This document shows, piece after piece, positions 12,471 to 31,488 of a stretch of 64,000 nt of DNA. The notes beneath the pieces are model-generated. The model worked only from the letters and a program-made list of their open reading frames with translations, was not told the origin of the DNA and did not search any database. The first letter of the stretch is position 1. Every line of letters begins with the position of its first letter. The DNA is from the human T2T-CHM13v2.0 reference genome, Homo sapiens, in NCBI RefSeq assembly GCF_009914755.1, contig NC_060940.1; one strand, given 5' to 3'. The position numbers and the translations under genes were made by a program.

Positions 12471-12528
12471 TGTGTTTTATCTTAAGCAGAGCAAGCACTT
12501 GAATGGGCCATCTGCCTGCCCGTCATAC

Positions 12529-12673
12529 CTGGTGCTTGATACGATCAAGCATGTCATTCATTTTCATATCCTGCTCAGCCACTGTCTTCTGAAGCTGCCT
12601 CTTTTCCTTGTCTGAATTTTCAAGCTTCCTCAGGGCTTCAGAGAGTTCTAATGACAGCTCCTCCACCCGTTTT
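12529..12673 (-). CDS. PMFBP1: PMFBP1 exon 12 (145 nt; KRVEELSL...RIKHQ)
   Basis: gctttag acceptor, CAG|GTATGA donor. Confidence 0.93.
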
Positions 12674-12848
12674 CTAAAGCAAAATAACAGCCACAGGAGG
12701 ACAGACTTCAGTGCCCATGTGGGCAGATTGTGGAGCTGACCCAATGGGAAATCCTTGCTCTCCCACGCCTGGGCAGCTGCCCACAGAGGGCCCGGCTGGG
12801 TCAAGAGTGACAGAACCTCTCTCTGGAGGGGAGCCTGAGCCTGGGCAC

Positions 12849-13038
12849 CTGTTGGAGGTTTGTTCCTTCTCAGCCATCGAGGACTCCTTCTGCAGCATCT
12901 GAAGTTCTCTCTGTAGTTCCTGGATGGTGTCTGCCTTCTGCTTGTCCAGGAGGAGACCCTTCTGCAGTTTCCTCTGGGTGTCCTCCAGGTGACAGCCTGC
13001 CAGTGCAGCCTCTTCTTTGCACTGGGCTGCTTGCTGAG
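12849..13038 (-). CDS. PMFBP1: PMFBP1 exon 11 (190 nt; QQAAQCKEE...EQTSNR)
   Basis: ttctgcag acceptor, AG|GTGCCC donor; phase 1-2. Confidence 0.92.
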
Positions 13039-14147
13039 CTGCAGAAGCAGGGAGATGGCCATGTGAGAAGGGAGGGTGTATGAAGATCACACTCTTATCA
13101 GCCTGGCTGAAGAGTTTTTCCTTTCATTTTGTGCCCTACTTCAGTTCCCAGTCTGTCCTCATTTCTCTCCATTTCATGATCAGTCCTAAAGAGCTCTATT
13201 AAATTATCTGTCTTTGTCTCAGATGTGGACACCTTCTGGACTAAAATTAAACAAACTGGTAGAAATTTCTCAGCAACTCCTGTGCGACTCATTCTGTCAC
13301 TGGGGACAAATCCTGACCCTTCTGGAGTTTAGAGGCTCCTGAGGGAGGCTTACTGGCCCACCGTCCTAGAGAACACTGTCATGTTAAACTCGCACCAACT
13401 AGGCTCAGGAAGAGAGATCCACATGGGTTAGAACGCTTGGAGATGGATGAGTGGAGGAACAGAAGCTGAGATGTAGAAAAAGAAGTGGGAGGAAGGGAAT
13501 TCCAGGGGCGGGGATTGTTAGAGCAGATGCCTGGTGAGGAGAATGCGGAAGGTGTGTGGGAGGAGGGTAGAAGACACCAGTTTGACTGGAAAGGGAAGTG
13601 GGGAGGAATGGTGGGCGATAGAGTTGAGTAAGTGGATGGATGAGTGGGGCTTTGGAGGACTTTGGAAGCCTAAGAGAAATGCTTAGATGTGGTTTAGTGG
13701 GTTCTTGAGCAGGAATCTGACATAAAAGAAAAACTGCTTCAGGAAAATTGGAATACATTAGAATAGAGAAAAACTTCCAGCAATATCCTTCTAGCCCACG
13801 CCTTTGCCTCCACTGGGTATGAGGGGAAGGCAGCTACAAAGTTAGAGCTGGGGCTTGAAGTCTTGGAGTTACCTGTAGAGAAAGGGAGCTACACAGAGGA
13901 GGGAGCTCACTGAGGAACGAGTAAGAAGGGGAGGAGAGTCTCTAGATGACTACAGTCAGAGCAGGAGAGAAAAGAGAACAATGGGGAGGTTTGTGGGAGA
14001 AAGACGGACCCGTGATGTCTCCAAAGCTGAGAAACAAACTTTGAGGCATAAGTAGCCAACAGCATCAAGGAACACAGCATTAAAGGAGGGTGAGGAAGGA
14101 AGCCAAGCTTGGATCTTATCTTATAAATTGATAAGTAATTCATATAA

Positions 14148-14459
<312 letters not shown>

Positions 14460-15063
14460 AAATTCACCCTTTAAAAGTATACAATTCAGTAGTTTTTTGG
14501 ATAATCACAAAGTCACGCAACCATCACCAATATTTAATTCCAGAGCATTTTCATCACCCCCAGAGAAACCCTGTACCCAAGGAAGAAGCTATTGGTGACC
14601 TCTGAGAAAGCAGGCTCTGTGGAGGGACAAGGACATCATCCACAGTGCAAGCTGCACAGAAGAGAAATGTATTTGGGGGCAAAAAGGCGAAAGGGAATAA
14701 AAAGCCAGGGAAGGGTGAAGTGAATTGTGTGATGAGGGCCTGAAGAAGATGGAGAGGATTGTGGTGCAAAGGACAGAGCCCTGCCTCCCTGTGGCCAGGA
14801 AGGGCCAGGGTCTTCAGGCAAGACTGCTGGGAGAATGGTGGGTGGGTGACTACAGAGGGCAGGTGAGCTTGGGAGTGGGTGAAGGAATTCAAGAGGGCGG
14901 TGGCCACTGCTGTGAGGTATAGGATGAGGCCCTGAGAAGGTCTGCAGTGAGACACTGGAGGAGGGCGAGGGGAAGTGGCCACTGGGAGAGAGAAGGTGGC
15001 TGCTCTAGGGCTGCTCTAGCCCCACAGAAAAGTGTGGTGGGACAGCACCTGCAGGGGCCTCAC

Positions 15064-15307
15064 CAGCCAGCCTCTCCTGCTGCTTGGCCTCTTCGAGACT
15101 GTTCTTCAGCTTCTGGACCTCAGCCTGCAGGGCCTTGCACTCCGCCTCCTTGGACTTGTCCTGCTTAGCCTCCTTGACTGTCATTTCAAGTTCTGTGGCC
15201 ATGCACTGCTGCTTCTCCAGCTCCTTCTCCTTTTTCAGGAGGCTGTTCTGAACCTGTGTCAGTTTCTTCTCCAGCTCTTGCAGCATCTCATCTTTCTCTT
15301 GGAGGAA
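15064..15307 (-). CDS. PMFBP1: PMFBP1 exon 10 (244 nt; [10 protein letters not shown]...QERLA)
   Basis: ORF 15005..15286; tcttcag acceptor, G|GTGAGG donor. Confidence 0.93.
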
Positions 15308-15489
15308 CTGAAGACAGCAAAATGCAAATGCTGGGAAAGGTCTGAGTGGCAGTGGGTGAAGGCAATGAGAGGTTGTCTCAAGCCCTCATCCAAGCCACTG
15401 GCATCCCCTGCCTGGACATTGCACGAACCTCCCTGCCTCCACTCCTGTTCCCCTCAGGCTATTCTCCACGCAGTTGAGAGAGGGAGTCT

Positions 15490-15872
<383 letters not shown>

Positions 15873-15929
15873 TAGCTCAATGCAGCTATAACCTCCTAGG
15901 CTCAAGCGATCCTCCCACCTCAGTCTCCC

Positions 15930-16619
15930 TGTTACAGCAGGTAGCTAGTCAGGTGTGAGCAGGGCAGGAGAGGGCTCCCCTGCCACATACACCAGGGTTG
16001 TCGGGCGACCATCAGGTGATGGTCAGGAGGTTGTTAATTGTCACTTTAAGTAATAATTGGTCACGGCCATGCCAGGGAAAGGCAGGGTCCTAATAGATAG
16101 AAAACACCTGAAACTGGTGATCAGCAGACTCCTGGGTAAGGTCTCAGGAGTTGGGAGAGTGGTGAGAAGTAATGCAGGACCCCGGAAGTATGCAGGCCGA
16201 GGCAGGTGGATCACTTGAAGTCAGGAGTTAGAGACTAGCTTGGCCAACATGGTGAAACACCATCTCTACTAAAAATACAAATATTAGCCAGGCATGGTGG
16301 CAGGCACCTGTAATCCCAACTACTTGGGAGGCTGAGGCAGGAGAATCGCTTGAACCTGGGAGGTTGCAGTAAGAAAACCCCAATCAAGAGGTCAAATGGC
16401 ACATTTGGTCTCTCAAGTCGCCTGCTTGGCCCTCTTCCAAGTATATTTTCCCTCCTTTCATTACTGCTCTAAGGCTTTTAAAAAATGTTCACTCCTGCCT
16501 GCTCTGAAACTTGCCTCAGTCTCTCCTTCTGCCTTCTGCCCCTCAGTCAAATTCTTTCTTCTGAGGAGGCAAGATCTGAGGTTGCTACAGACCCATATGG
16601 ATAACTACCACTGCTAACA
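15930..16619 (+). mobile_element. ERV1-class solo LTR (MER50/MER83/MER87-like)
   Basis: TGTTA...TAACA termini, 4-bp TSD tccc/tcct, start tgttacagcaggtagctagtcagg. Confidence 0.8.
16194..16370 (+). mobile_element. Internal AluS fragment lacking 5' end, 3' end and poly(A), inside the LTR
   Basis: aggccgaggcaggtggatcac...ggaggttgcagt. Confidence 0.88.
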
Positions 16620-16809
16620 TCCTGAGTAGCTGGGACTGCAGGGGTGTGCCACCACACGCAGCTAGTTTAAACATTTTTTTGCAGAGATGGGGTCTTGCCA
16701 TGTTGCCCAGGCTGGTCTCAGACTCCTGGGCTCAAGTGATCCTCCTACCTTGGCCTCCCAAAGTTCTGAGATCACAGGCATGAGCCACTGCGCCCAGCTA
16801 GAGAGGGGG

Positions 16810-17350
16810 ATCTTAAAAGTGCAAGTCAGATCTTTTGCCTCAGCTCAAAACCCTCCACTGGCTTCCATCTCTTAGAAAAAGGAGGGAGTCCTTACAAGCA
16901 CCCCATGGTCTGGTCCTAGGCTACCTGTCTGACCTCACCCCTTGCCACCCTCACAACTCTCTGCCTCTGCTGAGCTCCTGGAACACTCCAAGCAGACCCC
17001 ACCTCAGTGCCTTTGCACTTGCTATTCCCTCTGCCTGGAATATTCTTCCTCCAGACCTCTGCCTGGGTGGCTCCCTCACTTCATTCAAATCTCTGCCCAA
17101 ATGTCACCCTATCAGAGAGGACTTCTCTGATCACCCTGTGTACAACCGCCATCAAGCTGTTGGAGGGATTTATCAGTGTCTGATGTGGGTATATCAGTAT
17201 TATATATTAATTTTGTTTACCGGCTGTCTCCCTACACAGGAGTGCAAGCTCTATGACAAGAGGCATGTTGCAGGTTTTGTGATATTCTTAGTGACTAGGA
17301 CGGTGCTTGGCATATTTTAGGGCTCAAAAATATTTGTGGAGTGAATATAC
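16810..17350 (+). mobile_element. L2 LINE 3' relic
   Basis: gcctttgcacttgctattccctctgcctggaat...gtgaat. Confidence 0.7.
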
Positions 17351-17480
17351 GAATAACTCAAAACTGTTTACGCAGACTCCGTGCCTTGTCATCATCTCTC
17401 CAAATACCTCTGTTTTGACGGGCATATCTCCTCTGTGCCGTGAAACAGGAGGTTTTCATGACCAGCCAGTCTATCAACTG

Positions 17481-17892
<412 letters not shown>

Positions 17893-18049
17893 TAAAAAAG
17901 CTTGCATTGGTTTCACCACCTTTCTGTTCTTGGTTCCATTTCTAGGCTTTTCCAAGAATTTGATTTATGTTGGCAGTAACAGTTCTTTTAGGGCACAGCT
18001 CCATTAATATTTTCAAACTGCCTATTTACATATTCATAAGATATTTTTA

Positions 18050-18370
18050 ATTTTTGTTTTTTTTTTTTTTTTTTTTTTTTGAGACAGGGTCTCATTCTAG
18101 TGTCCAGGCTGGAGTGCATGGCATGATCACGACTCACTGCAACCTCCACCTCCTGGGCTCAAGGGGCTCATGTGATCCTGTGACTTGAGCCTCCCAAGTA
18201 GCTGGGACTACAGGCGCACACCACCATGCCCAGATAATTTTTGTATTTTTTGTAGAGACGGGGTTTCATCATGTTACCCAGGCTGGTCTCAAACTCCTGG
18301 GCTCAAGAGATCTCCCCACCTTGGCCTCTTAAAGTGCTGGGATTACAGGCTTGAGCCACCATGCCCAGGC
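18050..18370 (-). mobile_element. AluJ-like SINE
   Basis: Poly-T followed by reverse Alu; agatattt flanks both ends. Confidence 0.9.
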
Positions 18371-18763
18371 AGATATTTGTAATTTTAAAAGTGAAATTCA
18401 CTTGAAATTCTTAGTAAGGCTACCTGTTATTTTATATCATTTCCTTCCACTATCAAGCATAAGAAGAGTATAAGGGAACAATGCAAGTAAGTGTGTCACA
18501 AATGCTCTTGCTACCTTGCGGGGCTTGGGAAAAGTCAGTGCCTCTGTTTTGGTCCCTGCATAATCAGATTCATTTATTATGTATGATGAGAAATACCAAA
18601 GAAGTGCTTAGAATTGAGCCTGGGCCTGAAGAGCCACCATCTCACTGTGCTTGTGTTGAGGCTCCCAAAGCAATAATGGTGGGTGAAGGCAGAACCGGTT
18701 AATGCCAGGACATGGCCTCACACCTGCCCCATTGGGAACCCCAACCAGAGTTCCTCACTTTAC

Positions 18764-18921
18764 CTTGTCTTTCTTCAAAGTGAGCTTTTGGGTCTCGGTG
18801 AACTCCAGCTGCAGCTCCTGCAGCCGGCACTGCAGGATGGTGATGTCCTTATCCTTCCTCTCAATGTGGGCAGATGTCTCCTCCCGCAGTCCGTGCAGGT
18901 CCAGCTCCAGCTTCATCATGT
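18764..18921 (-). CDS. PMFBP1: PMFBP1 exon 9 (158 nt; DMMKLELDL...LKKDK)
   Basis: ggtag acceptor, AAG|GTAAAG donor. Confidence 0.92.
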
Positions 18922-19008
18922 CTACCATGGGGCGGGACAGAGTCTATGCTCAGGGGAGAGTTAGGCTTCCTTCTGGCTCCCCTGCCACAGCCTGCAGCCC
19001 CAGTTTAC

Positions 19009-19135
19009 CCTTCATGATGTTTCTCTTCTGTTCCGACACGGCCTCTAGTTCCACGCGCAGATCCTTCACCAGGTTCTGGTACTCCTCCACATGCAGGCAC
19101 TGGCTGTCTTTCTGCTCCTGCAAGTGCTTCAGTAT
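19009..19135 (-). CDS. PMFBP1: PMFBP1 exon 8 (127 nt; ILKHLQEQ...RNIMK)
   Basis: tgccag acceptor, G|GTAAAC donor; 87-nt intron to exon 9. Confidence 0.92.
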
Positions 19136-19234
19136 CTGGCAGATGGAAGAACAGGGCAGGATGAGGAGATGAGAGACAATGGAGAGTGCTTTCTAAAATG
19201 CCCAGCATCCACAGTCAACAGTAAGTAGGGACAA

Positions 19235-19445
19235 AGTAGCAGAGTAATGGCTGCTGGGGGCCAGGGGATGGGTGTGCGGAGTGACTGCTAATGGGTACAG
19301 GGTTTCTTCTGGGGTGACACAAATGTTCTGGAATTAGGTAGTGGTGATGATTGCCCAACCTTGTGAATATACTAAAAACCAATGGTGAATTTTATAATTT
19401 GTCCATTGTCTCCCAATGAATTTTTTTTAAAAAAGAGAATAAAAC
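19235..19445 (+). mobile_element. L1MB-like 3' fragment
   Basis: gtgactgctaatgggtacagggtttc...aaatgttctggaattag. Confidence 0.75.
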
Positions 19446-19524
19446 AAAAGGATATTGCAGACTTCTCAGGCTCACACGGAATACACATAAAAGCAGCCAT
19501 CCCTGTATCCCTTCCTCCCTGAGA

Positions 19525-20040
19525 CAGACAGTTGTTTATGGAGAATCTACTGTGTGCCCGGCACTGTCCTGGGTGCTGGGCATGGCTCCATTAATATTTT
19601 CAAAGCAAATAATGTGGAGCAAAAGACACAGACAAATCCTTGTCCCCACAGAGCTGACCTAGTGGGGTGAGATGAAGAGCATAATAAGTAGTGACTTATA
19701 GAAAATGTTAACAGTGGATAAGTGCTATGGGGGAAACAGAAGAGCGAAGGGGAATGGAGGGGCATGGGCGGGGGAGGCGCATGTTGCAATTTTAAGTAGG
19801 AGGATGGGCTGGCCTCCCTGCGAAGGTGGCCTCCCAGCTGAGACTTGCTGGAGGTGAGCTTTCAGGCGGGGAGACCAGCCAGAGACAACGCTTGTGGTGG
19901 GAACATGGAGGAGGCAAGTGCGGCTGGCACGGAGCAGGCAATGGGGAGAGCTGGAGGAGACGAGGTGAGGAGCTGGGTGGTCACATCACCTGGGGCTTGG
20001 GGTCCTTCTGCAAGACCATTGGCTTCTACCCTGAAGGAGA
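19525..20040 (-). mobile_element. L2 relic
   Basis: ctactgtgtgcccggcactgtcctgggtgctggg...ataagtgctatgg. Confidence 0.7.
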
Positions 20041-20819
20041 GGGGATGCCTTCCTCACCAAGAGAAGGCAGGAACATGTGGCTGGGGAGGAGCAATTCGTT
20101 GCCTGGCATCGGGGATATTGGGGAGAGTTATTTGTGTGATTTCAGAGCTGCTAGGAGGGAGGGCAGCAGCAGGAAGCCAGGAGGTGACAGCTGGAGAGAT
20201 TCAGGGCAGCCACTGCAGGACCCAGGAGTGGGCACTGCAGGGACTCAAAGCCCCACACTGTGCCACACTTGCCGAGGGGAGGAGAGGCCTGCTGGAAAAA
20301 GCTGGCGTGGGTCTCTCATTCCTAATGGAGCCCCAGGGAGCGTGAGGGCTTTGGAAAGGAAACATAATGCGGTGGGGGAAGGTGTATTCTGCTTCTTGGG
20401 GAAGTTTGTATCACTAAAAAAATGGAGTCTTATGAGATTTTTGCTCTAGGTCAGGATGTGAATAACATGGAACTGATCTTTAAAATAAATATTGACAGAT
20501 GTCCAAGGAAGAACTACAAAGTTCAATATTGATCCCTTGTTCAACCAACTTTCTGGGATTGGAAAGTCCTGGAAAGAGGAGCATCTCCTCCTCCCCGACT
20601 AGAGAACCCCTTGGGGAGCTGACATGTGTTGTTTACTCCCTCTGCCACCCCGCTTCGCCCCCATTTCAGCATCAGTCTTGGGGCGTGCAGGCATGCCAGC
20701 ACCTGCCCAGCATGGCCTCCTGTGGCTGGCTTTGCCAGGTACCAAGTTCAGTCATGGCTGACTTAACAGGACCTCACCTAAGAGGACACCTGGCCATGTT
20801 TTAACTCCTGGTTCATCAA

Positions 20820-21132
20820 CTTTTATTTATTTATTTATTTATTTTATTTGAGATGGAGTCTCATTCTGTGGCCCAGGCTGGAGTGCAGTGGTGTGATCTC
20901 AGATCACTGCAAGCTCGACCTCCTGGGTTGAAGTGATTCTCCTGCCTCAGCCTCCTTAGTAGCTGGGACTACAGGTACCCACCACCACACCTGGCTAATT
21001 TTCGTATTTTTAGTAGAGATGGAGTTTCACCAAGTTGGCCAGGTGGGTCTCTAACTCCTGACCTCAAGTGATCTGCTCACCTTGGCCTCCCAAAGTTCTG
21101 GGGTTACTGGCATGAGCCACCACACCTGGCCA
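20820..21132 (-). mobile_element. AluS-like SINE with (TTTA)n tail
   Basis: Reverse Alu consensus. Confidence 0.9.
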
Positions 21133-21607
21133 CTCAATTCTTGCTATTTGTTTACATGGTTTAACTGCTCATTTATTATTAGAATCAACTTTTGATACTG
21201 CTTTGAATTTTGCAAACACAGAGTTCTCAAAAAAAAAAAAAAAAAAAGCAGGGGGAATAAATTTGGATTAATAATCTTTCCTAAATTAGTACTTTTCAAC
21301 TCCAGCCAGACACGAGGAGGCTAGATGGTCCTTTTGAATGTAGCAAGGCAACAGAAATATTGTCTTGTTTAGGTGTACTGTTAGAAGTGGGTTAAGAGAC
21401 AGGTGCAGTTCCAAAATTGAATGCTGCCTGTCTTTTGGGTTTGGCATACATTATACACAGTATCCTTGTGGCAGGGCCAACCAAGCTCACACAGATATAA
21501 AATAAAATATAAATTGTCATATAAAAATAAAAAATAAGTAGGAAAGCCCAGAATCAAACCCAGCTCAGCCCGATCCCAGTAGGCACAGATCAGCAAATTT
21601 CTCCCAC

Positions 21608-21718
21608 CTTTTTGATGTCTTCACACTCTTCTGAGGAGCTAGGAGGGTATCTGTGGGTGGCTGTACAGGAAGCAAAATCGGCTTGTAGTTTTATCAAAGC
21701 CTTTTCACGCTCCAGAAC
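21608..21718 (-). CDS. PMFBP1: PMFBP1 exon 7 (111 nt; VLEREKAL...CEDIKK)
   Basis: ttgcag acceptor, AAG|GTGGGA donor. Confidence 0.92.
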
Positions 21719-22730
21719 CTGCAAATAAGCTTAGATCAGTTATGCTGGATGATCAATGGAACGTGCTTGTTACCATGACTATTATTTCAGAGTGTTCCTT
21801 TCTGCAGCATAAGTTTGTTGCAGAATTATACAATTCATCAGGCATTCCCTGTGGGGTAGGTAGGGAGAAGGAATTAAGCTCCCCATCTTACATCAAGATT
21901 CTCTAAGGCATATGTGATCTGTCTCAAGTTCATCAATGCCCACCCTTGCACTCTCTCCTAAACCTCCGTTTGGTCCATTTGATGAGGCAGAAGAAGGTTC
22001 TTCAGGGGCTGTGATGGAGAGATATACCTAATCTATCAGAGGACAGGATACAAAGTTTGAGAATTAAAGAAGGAAGTTCCTTATGGAGTGTGTAATTGTG
22101 TGTGTAATTTTTTTTTGAAAAATAAAAAACATGAAATTTTGGTTTTAATTTTATGCTTTTTTGAATTTGTTGAAAATAATTCAAATAAGACCTGAGCATG
22201 GAAAAGTGAAACCCCCTCTTCACTTATTCTCCCTTCTCTCACTTCCACTAAGGGAGAGGACAGTATTGAAAATTCAGTTTGTACTTATATATTAGTATTA
22301 TCATTAGAGATAAAACAAAAGTTGGACTGAACTATACATGGAATTCTGCAACTTATTCTTGACGATAAGTCACAAAGCGCCTTCCATGCAGCTCTTACAG
22401 ATGTGCTTAGTCCTTTTTACTGGCTGCATATTATTCCACAGTAGGGATATCTCTTCAATTATTTCTCTTAATCTCTTTAACCATTTCCCCACTGATGGGC
22501 AGTTAGGTTGTTGTGTGAGAGATTTTAAGATTCTTTAGAATCTCACACTATTTGGGTGGGAAGAAGCATTACCATGGAGAATATGAACAAAGTTGGGGGG
22601 CAAGTATATATCAGACATTTGAGGATTCTCGGCGAAAAAGATTAATTTAGGTGACTCTTTTCCCCTCCTTTCTCTCCCCATGTCTTGATTGAGGGTCTCC
22701 CAGAGACATGTTCTAGAAGAAGGCACTTAC

Positions 22731-22901
22731 CAAAGCGTTACTGCAGGCCAGCTTATTTCGAAGTTCTTGAATGAGATCATCCTGTTGAGAGACCTTTTGC
22801 CAGACTTCAGACAGTCGTTTCTGAGTCTCCTGATGCTCTTGAATCATGCAAGGAGAAGTGTATATCCGTACCTTTGAATGATCACCCTTGTTCTCAGGCT
22901 C
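22731..22901 (-). CDS. PMFBP1: PMFBP1 exon 6 (171 nt; EPENKGDH...CSNAL)
   Basis: tctctcag acceptor, TTG|GTAAGT donor. Confidence 0.93.
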
Positions 22902-23057
22902 CTGAGAGATTTAAAAATAATGGGTTGATTTTGCTTATAGTTTGTGAGTTACTTCAGAATTCCATGAACATGGAAAATCTCTAGACCTATATTCTAAAGG
23001 TATATGTTCATATATGGAAATCATGGTTTCCTTAACAAAACAAAAAATATTAACTAG

Positions 23058-23556
<499 letters not shown>

Positions 23557-25779
23557 GACAAATGAGTGTCTTATACCGTATTTAAACATTGTGTTTTCAC
23601 TTGACAATTTATTTAAGATAGTTTTCATATTGTTACTTGTTGATCTATCTTACTCCTCTTTTAAAATTAATTTCAAATTACATAAGTAATTATATTTATA
23701 TTGTCTCTCTAAAACATTGTAACACTACAGGCAGATCTGAATTTTTCTTTGACCGTCACTTCTAATTTCATTATCTCTCTACTTTCCAGAGATGACAGTC
23801 TGTGCATATTCTAGAACTTTATACTATATTTACATAATATAAATGAATCTGTACAATATAAATTATGTTGGCTTTTTAAAACATAAAAAATGTTTTTTTA
23901 CTCAGCAAGATGAGTTAGAGATTTATCAATGCTAGTACATGTGCTTCTATCTTGTTCTTTTAAATTGCTTTTAAATGTGTTGATCTGGTTTCCTACTGAT
24001 GAGAATATAGGTTGTTTCCATATTTTTTTTTTTCTGAAACAAAGCTGAAATGAATACTTTTGTACATAAATCTTTGAGTATTTATTCTGGTAATTGTGTA
24101 CATTAAATTCATAGAAGTAGGACTCCCAGATCATATTTAAAATTGGATATTGTACTATTGTCCTTCAAAGAAATTAACACCTAACACTGTCATCAACATG
24201 AGTATGGCTATTTTCCTTGAACCATGTTTGTTTTAAATGTTTTTCCCTAGATCGTTTGAAATCATGCACGAAGGTTACTGCCCTCTTATTGGTTCACAAT
24301 CATAAGGGGGTAAATTGATATACATCGTGAAAAAAAAAAAAAAAGCAAAGCGTTCTAGTTTGGGTGGTAGATCCTTTCCCCATTAAACTTGTCTCTCTAA
24401 CTGGGCTTTTTCAGGCAAAGTTAGGAATACTTCATGTTCAGTGAGCATGAAAGCCTTCTGTGAGCAAGCTGCAGGAAGGCCAGGCAGAAATCTAAAATTG
24501 ACTGTAAATAATGTTCATGTAGATAATGCAGAGTCTACAGGGGCAAATGACTAGAAAACAAAACAGAAAAGCTAACAAGGAAGAAGATATCTACATATCT
24601 TCTTAATACTATGGGATGAAAAATGGAAACTAATTTAGAAGGAATAGGAGAAATATTCTCTGAAGTGAAGAAAAATGTAGATCTTCAGACTAAAAGGATT
24701 AGTGAAGTGTTGAATGGCTTAACACCCCAAGCCTAAAAACCTCCAGTGTTCAAAGAGATAAAATAGGTAAACTATGAAAAATGAGAAACACACTGACATC
24801 TAACAATGCATCTCTAATACTGTGGTACAAGGTGGTACAAAGAAATGCAGCAGTATCTTTGAAGACTTAAGGGAAGATGCTTTTGAAAGTTTGTATATCC
24901 AGCCAAACTAGCATTCAAGGATGATGACAAAATAAACCTTGCTCAGACATGGAAATATTGAGAAATTGTGCCACCCACAATTGTTTCTGAAAGAATTAAG
25001 AAGGAATTATTTACAGCAAAAGGAAAACTCCAAGAATGCAGAAGAGGTGAAGGGACTGCCGAGCATAGTAATGAGAAACAGCTGGGTTTATTTGTAATAT
25101 TAAAGAAATAGATACTTCCTATATATACACAGTGGCAGAGATTTAAAAGAAGGTGAAAAGCTTTCCAGCTCATTATATTAGGATGGCATAATCCAGACAC
25201 CAATATGCAAGGAAAGCACAAAAATTTAGGCCATCAAATTAATCTCATTTCTGAAAATAGATGAAAAAAAATTAACTTTTAACAAATTTAGTAAAGTTCA
25301 TTAAAATTATTAATAATATATTATGATCAAATAGGGTTTATTCCAGGAACATAAACATTGTTCTATATATGAAAATCTATTCGTGTAATCTGCTTCATTG
25401 ATGGATAGATGCTAATAAAAACATCTGATAAAATTCAACATTCATTCCTAATAACAATTCTTGATAAGCTAAATATAGATAGTCATACTTACAATTTGAG
25501 AAAGGATATTGAAAATAATCCAAGAACAGGCATTATACTTAATAGTGAAATACTAGAATTACTTCCTTTAAAATGAGGAGCAAGGCAAAGAGGCTACAAT
25601 TCCACTTTGCTCTAGAGATGCTGGTCAATACGATAAGATGGAAAATAAGTTGTGTAAATTTTGAAAGGGAAAGCAATTTAGGAAAATCCAAGACAGTCAA
25701 GTGAAAATCTGGTAAGAGAGCTCAGTAAGGTGGCAGGATAAGAGAGAAGTTTTCCTATACAACAGTAATAATACAATTA

Positions 25780-26402
<623 letters not shown>

Positions 26403-27105
26403 TTATAAAACCAATAACAACTGAAATATGTCCAGGAATAAACATAGCAAGAAATACGTGAGATCTACAGAGAAAAGTACAAAATCTTACTGAAGGACAC
26501 ACAAGAAAACTTGCATAAAAGTAAAAATATGTCATATTCCACAGGGCATGCTAATTTCCCCCAAATTAGTACATAATTTGAAAGTCAGTCAACATAAATC
26601 TAAATTTCATTAAGAGAAGAAATAAAAAAATGGCCAAGAAAAAATAGAAAGTGTAGAAGAGTGAAGGAGGACCTGTCCTAACAGGATCTATTAAAACAAG
26701 CTACCAGTTAAAGTCACTAAAAAACTCTGACACTGGCACACGAACTGGCAGAAAGATAAAAAAAATACCGAGTCCAGAGAAGGTCCCGTGTACAGAAGAA
26801 TCGGTCTGTGAGCTGGTACCTGAACCAGTGTGGAAGGCTTGGGATGTTCAATAAATGGTTTTGAGGCCACTGGATATTTATTTAAATAATAAAATTCGAG
26901 CCTTATGTCATTATACATATAAAATATATATTCCAGATGGACTAAAGATAAAAACATAAAAATGCAAAATTATAAAAGTGCTAAAGAAAATATACAATAA
27001 ACTTTTATAATCCTGAAGGTAGTGAAGGCCTTTCTAAGCAAGACATAAAACCTAGAATTTATAAAGGACTGACAGATTCAACTCCATAAAAATTAAAATC
27101 TTCTG

Positions 27106-30851
<3,746 letters not shown>

Positions 30852-31096
30852 AAAAATTAAAATATTTTGTATGGTGAAAAATACCACTAATAAAGTAAAA
30901 TGAAAAGTTACAGACTGGGAGAAAATATTTGCCACATATGTAATGAAGCATTATTGCCTGTAATATATTAAGAAGCTCCTATACACCAATAGAAAAAAAG
31001 ACTAAAAACCCAGTAAAAAATGAGTTAACAAGTAATTCATAAAACAGAAATCCATATGACCAATATGCTTATGAATAGTGCTCAATCCTTCATAAG

Positions 31097-31488
31097 TGTG
31101 GTGGAGACTGTGCTGGGCCTTCCAGATCCCCTTTGGCAATGAAGGACTTGTTGCCCTTTATGGGGATTGTGTAGGCTGAAGAAAACTGCTTTGCCCAAGG
31201 CCAAGCACCTCTCCCTATGGGGCCCACATCCCAGAACTGATGATGACATGGAGGCTTAAAGGCCAGCTCCCTTCCCTTCAATTTAGCAAGGCTCTGAAGG
31301 TTCATCCAGCTCTGTGGGGTTGGCTGAGGCCTTTGTTGAGACTACATCGCAGCTCGACTTCTTCCTTTGCCCAACCTTGCTTTCCGCTCCTTCCTTTCAC
31401 TGGTGTTAATACCAAGAGCTCTCCCTAAAAACGTCCTGCACACTACTCTGTCTTAGAGTTGGCTTCCTGGGGAACCCAACCTGTGACT
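31097..31488 (+). mobile_element. LTR16-like (ERVL) solo LTR
   Basis: 3' end cttagagttggcttcctggggaacccaacctgtgac. Confidence 0.6.

Noticed and set aside
18922-19008. 87-nt intron (multiple of 3) as an in-frame retained intron
   Set aside because: Contains an in-frame TGA after 19 codons
19826-20449. 207-aa and 166-aa overlapping ORFs
   Set aside because: Non-ATG starts in G-rich sequence partly derived from L2; no protein features
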